Shown: in pieces, positions 55,685 to 64,000 of the stretch
Layout of the letters: every line of letters begins with the position of its first letter
Position numbering within the stretch: position 1 is the first letter of the stretch
From: Candidatus Peribacteria bacterium
Lineage (GTDB): Bacteria > Patescibacteriota > Gracilibacteria > Peribacterales > Peribacteraceae
Length of the DNA stretch: 64,000 bases
NCBI GenBank assembly: GCA_943350395.1
Contig: CALRAD010000001.1
Span: forward strand, 35,860 to 99,859
Reading direction: 5' to 3'
Notes under the pieces: model-generated
What the model was told of the DNA's origin: nothing
What the model saw: the letters and a program-made list of their open reading frames with translations, nothing else
The model's database searches: none
Position numbers and translations under genes: made by a program

Positions 55685-58600
55685 TTAATGCGCGGGATGC
55701 GCTCCATGATCGTCTTTTTTATCATCGTGTTTCTCGTCATGCTTATCCTCATGTTTCGGTGCAGCAACTTTTTTCTGAAGTGTATTTCCAAACCAACCGA
55801 TGACTCCCCCACCGGCATCTTTTATCCGACCGTAGAGATATCTGCCTCCTCCGTAGACAGCAGCACCTCCAAGAATGACAGGAGCAGAAATAATGCTGGT
55901 GATTGTGCTCACGACCGCTCCGGCTCCGACAAGATTGAGTCCTGCAGCAAGCAGAGCAACGACAGCAACAGGTTCGGTTGTCTTGACCGCAAGTTTTGCG
56001 ATTTCGGCAGCTGTAAATTTGGTACCGGAAAGTGCTGCATCTTTGGCCGCACCTTTGAACGTTGCACCGAACTTCGGACCGCTGTGACTCTTCGTATGCT
56101 CCCACTCCTTCCTTACCTTCTCGGCAAACGCTTCGCGAATGATTTCGAAAGCTTTCTTCAGTTGCTCGATTCTTGCTTCCTTTCCTTTATCGTACGCATC
56201 TTTCGATTCTGAAACTTCTTTCTTCATCGCAACGTAACGGGATGCAGCCTTGTACTTTTTCTCAGCATCCTCATACTCACTTTCCTTATCTGGATCACCG
56301 GTTTTATTTGCATCCGTCTTCGTCTTTTCCCATCGTTTCTTCGCATCCTCCGATTCTCTCTTGTAATCCTCAACGTCAAATTTATCAGGCTTAGAACCTG
56401 CAAGAAGATTGGCAATTTCAACATTTTTTTCATGTCCTTTCAGATGAGACATGTTTTTGAGTTTCTCCTGCGCTTGCTCGAACAAAATTTTATCCGCGTC
56501 ATCGTTCGTGCTCTCCCACTTTTGTTGTGCCGCTTCTTCATCCTGCTGAAGAACAGCAAAAGAATCGTCACTGAATCCGAATTGCACATCAAGGATATCC
56601 AACCTCTTCTGCTTGGCATCACGCTCTTCTTTGGCTTTTTTCTCCGTGTCAGTTTCTTGATTTTCATAATAATCGATTGCAAAAATATCTCTGGCAGATG
56701 ATGCCAATTTCACCGAAACCAAGGGCGGTGTTTTTATTTTGTCCAATTTTTCTTTTGCTTTTTTGGCTTTTGACTCCTGACCGTCTTCCCCTTGAATTTC
56801 GGATTTGATCTCGCTCAATTCGCGAAGAATTTCATCAGACTGCCTCTGGAAACGACCTGCAGCTCTCTTCGCTTTTGCATTCGTATCCTTTGAAACGGAA
56901 TCCGTGCGTGAACTCGTATCACTTTCGATACCCCTCTGTTCATCGAGAGACGAATCGACTTCATTCTTCCTACGTTCAAGGTCAGACAGCTTTCTTTTAA
57001 GTTCTACAAGTTTCTGCTTTTCTTCTTCAAAATCCCTTTCTGCTTTTTCAACATCCTCTTTCTTGGCAGCAGGCGGCGGAGGCAACTTAGCTCCGAGCAA
57101 ACTCTTCATCGCACTCTCCTGTAATCGAAGAGCCATCTCTTCCTGAGTGGCAATGCTCGTATCGTGAAGAACGTGTTCATCAAACTTCATGACTTTCATC
57201 CAATGCTTGTGATCATCGGTAAGATCTTCCGCGGCGATCTTTCGCCTGAAGACATCACCCATGAACAATGCCCTTGAATCGTCGGCATGCTCCGTGACAG
57301 CGGTAGTTACACGCAAGTGTCCGTGATCATCGAATTCGAGACCCTTGGGCTTCTTCGTACCGATATAGAATCTTCGTCCGGCTTCCCAAAGACCCGCAAT
57401 GACGAGCGGTGTTGGACCGAGAAGCGGTGTGAGAACTCCCGCAGAAGCGAGCGAAGTGCCTGTAAGCTGCGCTTGCCGCTTGCGAGCGTGCTCGTAAGCA
57501 AGAAGCTTGCCATATTCCTCGGATACCTCATGAAGCTTACGAAGCTTTTTAATTTTGTCAGCTGCTTCTGGATCTTCCTTGTCCTCCTTCTCGATATGAA
57601 AACTGCTGACCACCTCCGTTTCGCGCGGCTTCAAAGGACGATCCTCAGATTTCTTTTTTGCCAAGGCCGCAATCGTCGCATTGAATTTCACAAAACAATA
57701 TTTCGTATAGTTTTCCTCCGATCCAAGATACGGAACTTCGGCAGGACTGCAGTGTGCATACTCGGCCATCAGAGAAATCAATTCCTTCTCTTCAACCGTA
57801 TCGATCAGACTTTTCCCATGAACTGCGTGATGATGTTCAATTTTATGCCGCAAGTCTTTGACGGATGTTTTGTTTTCGTCAACCGCGGCTCCAAGATCCC
57901 AGAGCTCAGTGACGTATGCAGTATTCACTGCCAACTTATAGCGTTTATTATCAAGGTAATTTCTTCCTGCCAATGTGACCAGCGGCAATGCAGCCGGAAC
58001 GAGTGGAGCAGCAAGATTCGTGATGGCATTTCCACCGAAAGCGAGGGCTCCACTTAGTGAATGACCGAGAACGGCATCCGCTGCAAGGAATCCTCCTTCA
58101 GCCTCCGCGAAACCGACAACGCCTCCCAAAGCAGTACGTCCCAAACGATCCGCAGCAGGAACAATCGCTCCTTTCTCGCGACGCTTTCGATACCCGCCGA
58201 CAAGCGTTTTGTGCGGATGATCCGAAAAGAGTTCGTCTGCGGGTACTCCGAGCTTGCTGTTCAGTTCCAAAATCCGTTTTCCGACGGCTGCAGTTGTTTT
58301 CTTCGGATACCACGGCATGTTCTTCAGCCTCACTCCTGCAGCGAGACCGAATGCTTTCACTCCGCCTGGGATTGCCGCAAGCCTCTCACCCACATTCCAT
58401 CCCTTGCGTGCGTAAGCCCGAACTTCGGAGAAGATGGAAACTAAATCCGACATGATTTCATCCCACTTTGCTTTTTCGATCGGAAAATAACTGCTTGGCG
58501 GATAGTGCAAAAGCGTCATCATCACGCCAATTTCTTTCAACGTATTCGTCGAAGCTACAGGATAAGCCTTTTCACCCGCAAGAAAATTGAGATGCGCAAC

Positions 58601-59701
58601 AAAAAGATCACACACTTCCTTCGCCTTTGGATGCTTGGCCTCTTTTCCGTTGAGAGCAGACTTTAGTGATTTCCGAAAATCTGCATCATTAAAAAGCAGC
58701 ATTCCGCGAATTTTGTCAGCTGTCTCGCCTAATTCATAATGCTGTGCATCAAGCTTATCCTCAACAGTTTCTTCATAGTCGCCAACTTCAACTTCGTCAT
58801 CGGACGCAGGAGCTGCAGGAATTTCCGAATCGGAATTGGAGGATGTATCTATTCCCGCATCGGAATCAAAAGAAAAGTCTGCGGACGAGTCTGGTGCTGC
58901 AGGAAATTCTGAATCAGAATCGGGAGCAAGAGGAATGCTTGCATCTGATTCGGGAGGAAGCGTGATGCCTTCCTTCGAATCAGGAGGTGTTTCGATTTCA
59001 GCATCGGAATCTAGAAAAATCGTCTTTTCGCCATGCCCTGTGTCAATTTCTGCATCAGAATCAAAATCACTGGAATCATGTACATCAAACTTACGTTCTG
59101 CATCGCTGTCGTCCACAAGAGGCTCAAAATCATCATCTGCGAGAACTGGGGAAGGATTGGCATGCTGCCAAAGCTGACGCAACGCAAGAATCAAATCGTT
59201 TCGAAAATCCGTCGCAGCGGCAAGGTTGGGTGATTGCAAGGCGTTCAATCGCGATTGTGCTAAAAATTCATCAACCTCATGCAAATCATCAATCAAGACC
59301 AAGCTATCCGAGTCAGGTGAGATAAGATTCTCAAATCTGCTTACATATCTGCAAAGCAATTCAACGATCCTGATTGCGTCGTCATCCCAAAGGCTACGTG
59401 ATGCAAAAGACAATTTCAGCTGATCGCCGATCGCACCATCGTCATGAGCAAGCTCCCTTTTCACTTCGGACCAATCTCGACCGAATTCGTCGTGTAGCGC
59501 ACGAATTTTTTCAGCCGGCGATTCCGCGCTCTGCCGTGGGGCTGTTTCATCGTGAAAGTCTCGATAAATACGGCTTCGCTCATCATCCCTGACACCCTCG
59601 ACCCTGTCTTCCGCAGAATGATCGGATGATTCGGGCAACGATTCTCCACCTTCCTTCTTAGGAAGTTCATCGTCCGGCCGTTGTTTTTTTGGATCGTTCA
59701 T
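55685..59701 (-). CDS. Giant (1338-aa) hypothetical protein with acidic decapeptide repeats, a coiled coil, Gly-rich hydrophobic hairpins and a His/Asp/Lys-rich tail
   Basis: Long uninterrupted ORF. DSDAEI-type repeats at aa ~197-303. Coiled coil KKEDVEKAERDFEEEKQKLVELKRKLSDLERRKNEVD. Hydrophobic hairpin VAVVALLAAGLNLVGAGAVVSTITSIISAPVILGGAAVYGG. Tail KHEDKHDEKHDDKKDDHGAHPAH. No enzymatic motif recognised. Confidence 0.7.
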   Translation of the reverse strand: MNDPKKQRPDDELPKKEGGESLPESSDHSAEDRVEGVRDDERSRIYRDFHDETAPRQSAESPAEKIRALHDEFGRDWSEVKRELAHDDGAIGDQLKLSFASRSLWDDDAIRIVELLCRYVSRFENLISPDSDSLVLIDDLHEVDEFLAQSRLNALQSPNLAAATDFRNDLILALRQLWQHANPSPVLADDDFEPLVDDSDAERKFDVHDSSDFDSDAEIDTGHGEKTIFLDSDAEIETPPDSKEGITLPPESDASIPLAPDSDSEFPAAPDSSADFSFDSDAGIDTSSNSDSEIPAAPASDDEVEVGDYEETVEDKLDAQHYELGETADKIRGMLLFNDADFRKSLKSALNGKEAKHPKAKEVCDLFVAHLNFLAGEKAYPVASTNTLKEIGVMMTLLHYPPSSYFPIEKAKWDEIMSDLVSIFSEVRAYARKGWNVGERLAAIPGGVKAFGLAAGVRLKNMPWYPKKTTAAVGKRILELNSKLGVPADELFSDHPHKTLVGGYRKRREKGAIVPAADRLGRTALGGVVGFAEAEGGFLAADAVLGHSLSGALAFGGNAITNLAAPLVPAALPLVTLAGRNYLDNKRYKLAVNTAYVTELWDLGAAVDENKTSVKDLRHKIEHHHAVHGKSLIDTVEEKELISLMAEYAHCSPAEVPYLGSEENYTKYCFVKFNATIAALAKKKSEDRPLKPRETEVVSSFHIEKEDKEDPEAADKIKKLRKLHEVSEEYGKLLAYEHARKRQAQLTGTSLASAGVLTPLLGPTPLVIAGLWEAGRRFYIGTKKPKGLEFDDHGHLRVTTAVTEHADDSRALFMGDVFRRKIAAEDLTDDHKHWMKVMKFDEHVLHDTSIATQEEMALRLQESAMKSLLGAKLPPPPAAKKEDVEKAERDFEEEKQKLVELKRKLSDLERRKNEVDSSLDEQRGIESDTSSRTDSVSKDTNAKAKRAAGRFQRQSDEILRELSEIKSEIQGEDGQESKAKKAKEKLDKIKTPPLVSVKLASSARDIFAIDYYENQETDTEKKAKEERDAKQKRLDILDVQFGFSDDSFAVLQQDEEAAQQKWESTNDDADKILFEQAQEKLKNMSHLKGHEKNVEIANLLAGSKPDKFDVEDYKRESEDAKKRWEKTKTDANKTGDPDKESEYEDAEKKYKAASRYVAMKKEVSESKDAYDKGKEARIEQLKKAFEIIREAFAEKVRKEWEHTKSHSGPKFGATFKGAAKDAALSGTKFTAAEIAKLAVKTTEPVAVVALLAAGLNLVGAGAVVSTITSIISAPVILGGAAVYGGGRYLYGRIKDAGGGVIGWFGNTLQKKVAAPKHEDKHDEKHDDKKDDHGAHPAH

Positions 59702-59707
59702 ATTTTT

Positions 59708-62700
59708 TTATTGTAATTTTTCTAAGGAGCCTTCTGCACTCTTGAGCCTGCTTCTCACTTTCGGTTCCAAAGCATTGAATGTGCCCTTCGCTTTCGTCTT
59801 GAAACGTTCACAAGCTTCCGGACTCGGATCCCACTGATTTCCAAACCATTCACCGACGGTTCGCCATGGACGTGAAAGCGGCAACTGCTTTGAATCTTTA
59901 AAGTATTTCAGATTGAATTCCTCCAAGCTCATCTCTGCATATCCATTATTCTTGAGCACTGAAAATTCAAGTACCCATGAAATGGTATCGTGCAGAAGCG
60001 GAGCAAGCTCTCCGGCAGCTTTATAGAGCTTCAAAAGCTCGACTTCCGCAGCAGGATTCTGCAATCCCTTCAAGCTGAGAAGCGGATCTTTGTCGATCAC
60101 ACCCTTTGAAAGAATCTGTACGACGGCGCGATCGATGAGATATTGGATCCTTGCACGTTCCACATCGTTTGCACTCGTTCGAAGCTGGAGAAGAGGACGA
60201 AGATCATCGGCTTTTTTCAACGAAGGCAAGATCCTGTCGGCAACGTTCTTGATGTTCGGAACATTGACTCCCTGCAGGTAATTATGGAATTCGTCTTTGT
60301 TACCATCGTAATTTTTTGCGTTAAGCGAAGCCAACGTATTGTCAAATTTCTCACGCAGCTTGGTAGAACGACCTCTTGCCTTTCTGATCTCGCCAAGAAG
60401 ATCCTTTTGCGATTGAAGATCGGTATTGTCAAACGGAGCCTCCTCTGCCTGCGCCAATTCGTCATCATCAATCTGCTTCACTTCCTCGTGTTTCTCCAAA
60501 TCCTGCTCACTCACATCCGGAGGTTCCACACCAGCCAACATCCATTTCGCCCTCGGATGATTCAAGGCAAGACCCAATTCATCAGGCATACCGACATCCG
60601 GTACTGAGAATGCTGCAAACAGTTTTTCCCTGTCACGAATATCACCGCTTGTGACTCTCTTCACTTCTGGACTGTTGCCTCGTCTGCTGCGCAATGCATC
60701 GAGATAATTTTGTGCATCCTTCACTTTCAGCGTCAAATCCATGCCCTGCGGATTGTCCTTGTTCGAAAGCATGCTTTCGAGAAGCACGTTGGTGGTGAGC
60801 GTCGAAAGATACTCTTCGTATTTTTTGTACTCATCGGGTTGCAGAGTTACTTTCGCTTCCTGCTTCAAACCATCGGTGTACTTCGCCAGTTCGTAGACGG
60901 TGTAATCCTTGGCTTTTTCGTAGGAGAGGAAAGAGGTCAAATACGCCGACCAATCGGCGGCACCCCCCATAAACGTTCCGTTGTTCTGGTCCGCATAATC
61001 TTTGAGCGCTCCGCTCAGAACTCGATCCTGACCGATCACAGAGAGAATCTCAGCGTTGTTATAGCGCGAGCGAATGTAATCATATGCTTGGACAAGATTG
61101 ACATCCCTCGCTGCAACGTTAAATTTCATAGTAGCAGGATCAAAATCTACCGGCCAAGTAACATCAAGGCGCTTCTTCGATGTGTAGTTTTTGTTGTCTC
61201 TGTTGTTGAAAATTTCCTGAGCACGATCTGCAGCCATGAAAGAGAAAATTTCGCGTTTTAACAATTCATAACGCAACATTCGTTCTGCCGGATCTTTTGT
61301 ATCTTTCTCGATGAACTCCTTCGTATTCGGGTCTTGCGTCGGCAATTCAATTCCAATTTGTGTCAGCCATTTGTCGACGAGATTTTCATGTCTGGCACCG
61401 AGCGGCTTTGCCGCGTTGTTCATCAAGGCGACGAGATCCGTACGGAACGTGTGAACTTGTGACACCTCTTGAATATCGATGTTCTCGACGCGCTTTCCGA
61501 AGAAGGCGAAGAAAGCCGCCTCGAAGCCCTGCAAAATCCTGCCGGTCACTCCATGGGCGCGCATTTCGCGATACAACTCGAGCGCCTTTCGCTCGCGCAC
61601 GAAATCCACACCCGCTTTCCCTTTCTCGAACACCCAATTCAAGCCTTGCGGAGTCTGGCTGACCAATACTCCCGCTTCGCTGCAAAGTTTCTTGAGCAAT
61701 ACCCATGACGCCTGTAGATCCTCGACAACTTCTGCTTTGAACTTAAATCCGCTGACAATTGCCCACTTTTTGAAAGACTCTATCGACTCCATGGAATTAT
61801 CGACAACATCGCCAATAAGGAGAGGGGTCTGGTCAATGGCGTGCTCAACCTTCACCTGCAGGAAGGAAGCTCCCTGTTCAAATTTATTTTTTGCAGAAGC
61901 ACCAAGCACTCCCAATTTTGCCCATCCCAATTCGCTGAACGTTGTCTCGTCGAGAGCCGCATTCACAGCCGGAGTCGGACGCTCGAAGATGAGAACATCC
62001 TCCATCGTGAACTGACCACCCGGACGCTTCTTCGCCGCATCCTTGAGTTTCTTGGCAATGCCCATATCGGCAATATAGTTTTCGTTGAAATTGACGTAAC
62101 GCTTCCGTAAATGTGTGGCTCCGAGCGCGGCGCGCTGCTCAGGTGTTCCTCCACCGAGCGCATTGCGATCAGCAGTTTGAATGCAGAGATATTCGAGTGC
62201 CTTGAGCATCGTCTCGTATCCCTGCTTCCGGAGTTCTGCTCCGGGGAATTGATTGGCAGATGCGATGCCGATGGCGGCAACGACTTTATTGACTCTGAGT
62301 GAAGACGGAATGCCTGCAGTGAAATCGCTTCCTCCATTACTCTTCACTTTGTCTCTCCAGTCGAGAAGTTGACCGATACCAATCGGACTCTTCGGATTCA
62401 TAAGTTCGGCGACAGCGACGCGTCCCGGTTCATCATCAAGATTGAATTGCTTCTCCTTGCGACTCGAACGAACGAATTGTTCGAGTGAAGAACTGCGCTC
62501 ATTTTCAGGAACAAAGCGCATATTCATGCGGTCGAGAACGCCTTTTCCGGTTGCCCGTTTTACGGCGATATCAAGACCGACGAAAGCGGGAATACCGATG
62601 AGAACGTTTCGCCACATTCCTTCAGCTTTCCATGCACGGTAGATTGCATAGAGGGCTCCGAAAGCCAATCCGCCGGCAAGCAATTGCTCCGCTCGATCAC

Positions 62701-64000
62701 CGCTGTTGAACATATCGCTGAGCGTGTCCATCGCTGTGCGAACAGTGCTAAGAAGATCCTTGGAATGACCGCCACGTTCTAGCTGCTTTCGAACGACATT
62801 TTTATCCTGCACTTGATGCGCAAGATGCTGATGGATGAGACGCACGTAAAGAGATGCCTGCATCGATGTCATCGGAACATCGACTGTCTTATCCACTCCC
62901 TTCTCCTTAGTCTTGAAGGCATAGGTCTGATCTTTGTCCTGAGTGTAAGCAGCAACCAACGCTTTGGAAGCACCCTTTCTATTGAATGCGGGATCGTCGT
63001 AGAGAATGGCTGAAAGAATGACACCTGCTTTCGCCTTATCATTGATGAGATCATCGACACTGAGAGATACTCCTTTCTTGGTGCGCATATCACTCAAAAT
63101 CTGCGTCAGCGCATGAGGAATGACACGAATACCCGTATCGTTCGTCATAGGCTGCAAGATATCCCTGCCGCTCATCGTCTCTGCCTGGTTCACGCGACCA
63201 ACGTAGTCCGCAACCGGATCTGCAAGATCGGGGTTTTGTAAGGCGTATGCCTGAGGATTCTCCAAATATTTTTTTGCATCAACCATGCCTTTTGTCATCG
63301 CAAGATAGAAAGCCACATTGCGAATATGCTGATTCGGTTGAATGGAAAAATTTGTACCCTTCTCAAGATCCTCATAGACAGCCTTTGCCGTATCAAGAAG
63401 CATCGCCGCCTGCCTTGCCTTCTCTGCAGGAGTGGATGCAGGACCAATTGCCTTACCAATAAGATCAACCTCACTCTGAAGATCCCTCAATTGCTTGAAG
63501 GCATTCTCCATGTGGTTGTCTCCGGTTGCCGGCCAGGTTTCCAGTGTCTCGATTGCCGATCTAGCTCTGTAGAGAGCCTTATTTTTCATGATCAAGTCAT
63601 AAAGATTTTTGTCATCTGCCTGAGGTATAACGTTATCAGGAAGACTGGCAATCCAATCCCACCAGATGCCGACAAGCTTGCCTCCGGCAACAAATACAAC
63701 CTTCCTCGACTCACTGGTAATAAGTGCAACTAGCTCTTTCTCCTTTAGAGCTTTCTTTTCTACATTGCCAACTGGTACGCCAATCGCATTGCGAAGGTCA
63801 GCCTCAATTATATTGATGCCTTTGGCAGCCAACGCGGCACGCAATGCCGCAATATTTAAAATTGTTCCAATAAATGATTTTGCGATCATATCTTTTGCCT
63901 CACTTTCACCAAGAAGCTTGTCATACGCAGCCTTCACTTCAGCGGGAGCAAGATGATCTCCGGTCATCAACTTATTCCATTCCTGCCGTGCACCCGTTTG
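59708..64000 (-). CDS. Giant (over 1430 aa, 5'-partial) hypothetical protein with one central hydrophobic hairpin
   Basis: The track ORF starts at a TTG at 63970, but the frame stays open to the window edge (QTGARQEWNK upstream), so the gene probably starts beyond 64000. Hydrophobic hairpin LLAGGLAFGALYAIYRAWKAEGMWRNVLIGIPAFVGLDIAV (nt 62561-62683). No recognisable domain. Confidence 0.7.
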   Translation of the reverse strand, partial: QTGARQEWNKLMTGDHLAPAEVKAAYDKLLGESEAKDMIAKSFIGTILNIAALRAALAAKGINIIEADLRNAIGVPVGNVEKKALKEKELVALITSESRKVVFVAGGKLVGIWWDWIASLPDNVIPQADDKNLYDLIMKNKALYRARSAIETLETWPATGDNHMENAFKQLRDLQSEVDLIGKAIGPASTPAEKARQAAMLLDTAKAVYEDLEKGTNFSIQPNQHIRNVAFYLAMTKGMVDAKKYLENPQAYALQNPDLADPVADYVGRVNQAETMSGRDILQPMTNDTGIRVIPHALTQILSDMRTKKGVSLSVDDLINDKAKAGVILSAILYDDPAFNRKGASKALVAAYTQDKDQTYAFKTKEKGVDKTVDVPMTSMQASLYVRLIHQHLAHQVQDKNVVRKQLERGGHSKDLLSTVRTAMDTLSDMFNSGDRAEQLLAGGLAFGALYAIYRAWKAEGMWRNVLIGIPAFVGLDIAVKRATGKGVLDRMNMRFVPENERSSSLEQFVRSSRKEKQFNLDDEPGRVAVAELMNPKSPIGIGQLLDWRDKVKSNGGSDFTAGIPSSLRVNKVVAAIGIASANQFPGAELRKQGYETMLKALEYLCIQTADRNALGGGTPEQRAALGATHLRKRYVNFNENYIADMGIAKKLKDAAKKRPGGQFTMEDVLIFERPTPAVNAALDETTFSELGWAKLGVLGASAKNKFEQGASFLQVKVEHAIDQTPLLIGDVVDNSMESIESFKKWAIVSGFKFKAEVVEDLQASWVLLKKLCSEAGVLVSQTPQGLNWVFEKGKAGVDFVRERKALELYREMRAHGVTGRILQGFEAAFFAFFGKRVENIDIQEVSQVHTFRTDLVALMNNAAKPLGARHENLVDKWLTQIGIELPTQDPNTKEFIEKDTKDPAERMLRYELLKREIFSFMAADRAQEIFNNRDNKNYTSKKRLDVTWPVDFDPATMKFNVAARDVNLVQAYDYIRSRYNNAEILSVIGQDRVLSGALKDYADQNNGTFMGGAADWSAYLTSFLSYEKAKDYTVYELAKYTDGLKQEAKVTLQPDEYKKYEEYLSTLTTNVLLESMLSNKDNPQGMDLTLKVKDAQNYLDALRSRRGNSPEVKRVTSGDIRDREKLFAAFSVPDVGMPDELGLALNHPRAKWMLAGVEPPDVSEQDLEKHEEVKQIDDDELAQAEEAPFDNTDLQSQKDLLGEIRKARGRSTKLREKFDNTLASLNAKNYDGNKDEFHNYLQGVNVPNIKNVADRILPSLKKADDLRPLLQLRTSANDVERARIQYLIDRAVVQILSKGVIDKDPLLSLKGLQNPAAEVELLKLYKAAGELAPLLHDTISWVLEFSVLKNNGYAEMSLEEFNLKYFKDSKQLPLSRPWRTVGEWFGNQWDPSPEACERFKTKAKGTFNALEPKVRSRLKSAEGSLEKLQ

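Noticed and set aside
58793-59113. A possible CRISPR-like or noncoding tandem repeat, suggested by the recurring gcatcggaatc-type DNA motif.
   Set aside because: The repeats are short, degenerate, lack spacer-sized unique intervals and lie in frame within a long ORF. This is a coding decapeptide repeat. No CRISPR array or cas gene is present anywhere in the window.

Overview
Gene-dense 64-kb chromosomal window, roughly half G+C by eye. It uses the standard genetic code, since TGA acts as the stop in several ATGA start/stop overlaps. All product calls come from reading motifs in the supplied translations; no database search was run. The gene content suggests an uncultivated monoderm, possibly CPR/Patescibacteria-like, bacterium (inference only): sortase plus SLH-like domains, alpha2-type GlyRS, archaeal-type ProRS, Gram-positive-type S12 and several giant ORFan proteins. 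Layout: (1) 153-4037, a divergent SF2 helicase, a double-ArsR regulator and a charged protein. (2) RNHCP-ychF-queA-proS, then tRNA-Asn followed immediately by a small AT-rich accessory islet. (3) 9.9-14.7 kb, miscellaneous enzymes and a BT1 transporter. (4) 14.8-26.7 kb, an ABC-transporter-dependent glycan cluster with a 1213-aa methyltransferase/coiled-coil/GT/GT fusion, further methyltransferases, a sulfotransferase, GT2/GT4 enzymes, a mini nucleotidyltransferase and APS kinase. (5) An SLH-sortase fusion and a 1369-aa FG-GAP surface protein. (6) A housekeeping block: REC, tsf, rpsB, glyQS, PrsW-like, S41 peptidase, maf, rpsU, ribD, yerC-like, fusA, rpsG, rpsL and rpoC, with no rpoB next to rpoC. 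(7) cofE-like, FNR-like, purN, carA. (8) 53.8-64.0 kb, a tightly packed operon of six proteins with no recognisable domains, including two giants; it runs off the window edge and is the best candidate for an undescribed system. Two families of short GC-rich palindromic repeats are scattered in intergenic regions, and one copy lies in frame inside ribD. Other oddities are a 29-bp duplication of the fusA start that creates an upstream ORF, and a heptamer-array hairpin. No CRISPR array, rRNA, transposase, integrase or prophage gene was seen.
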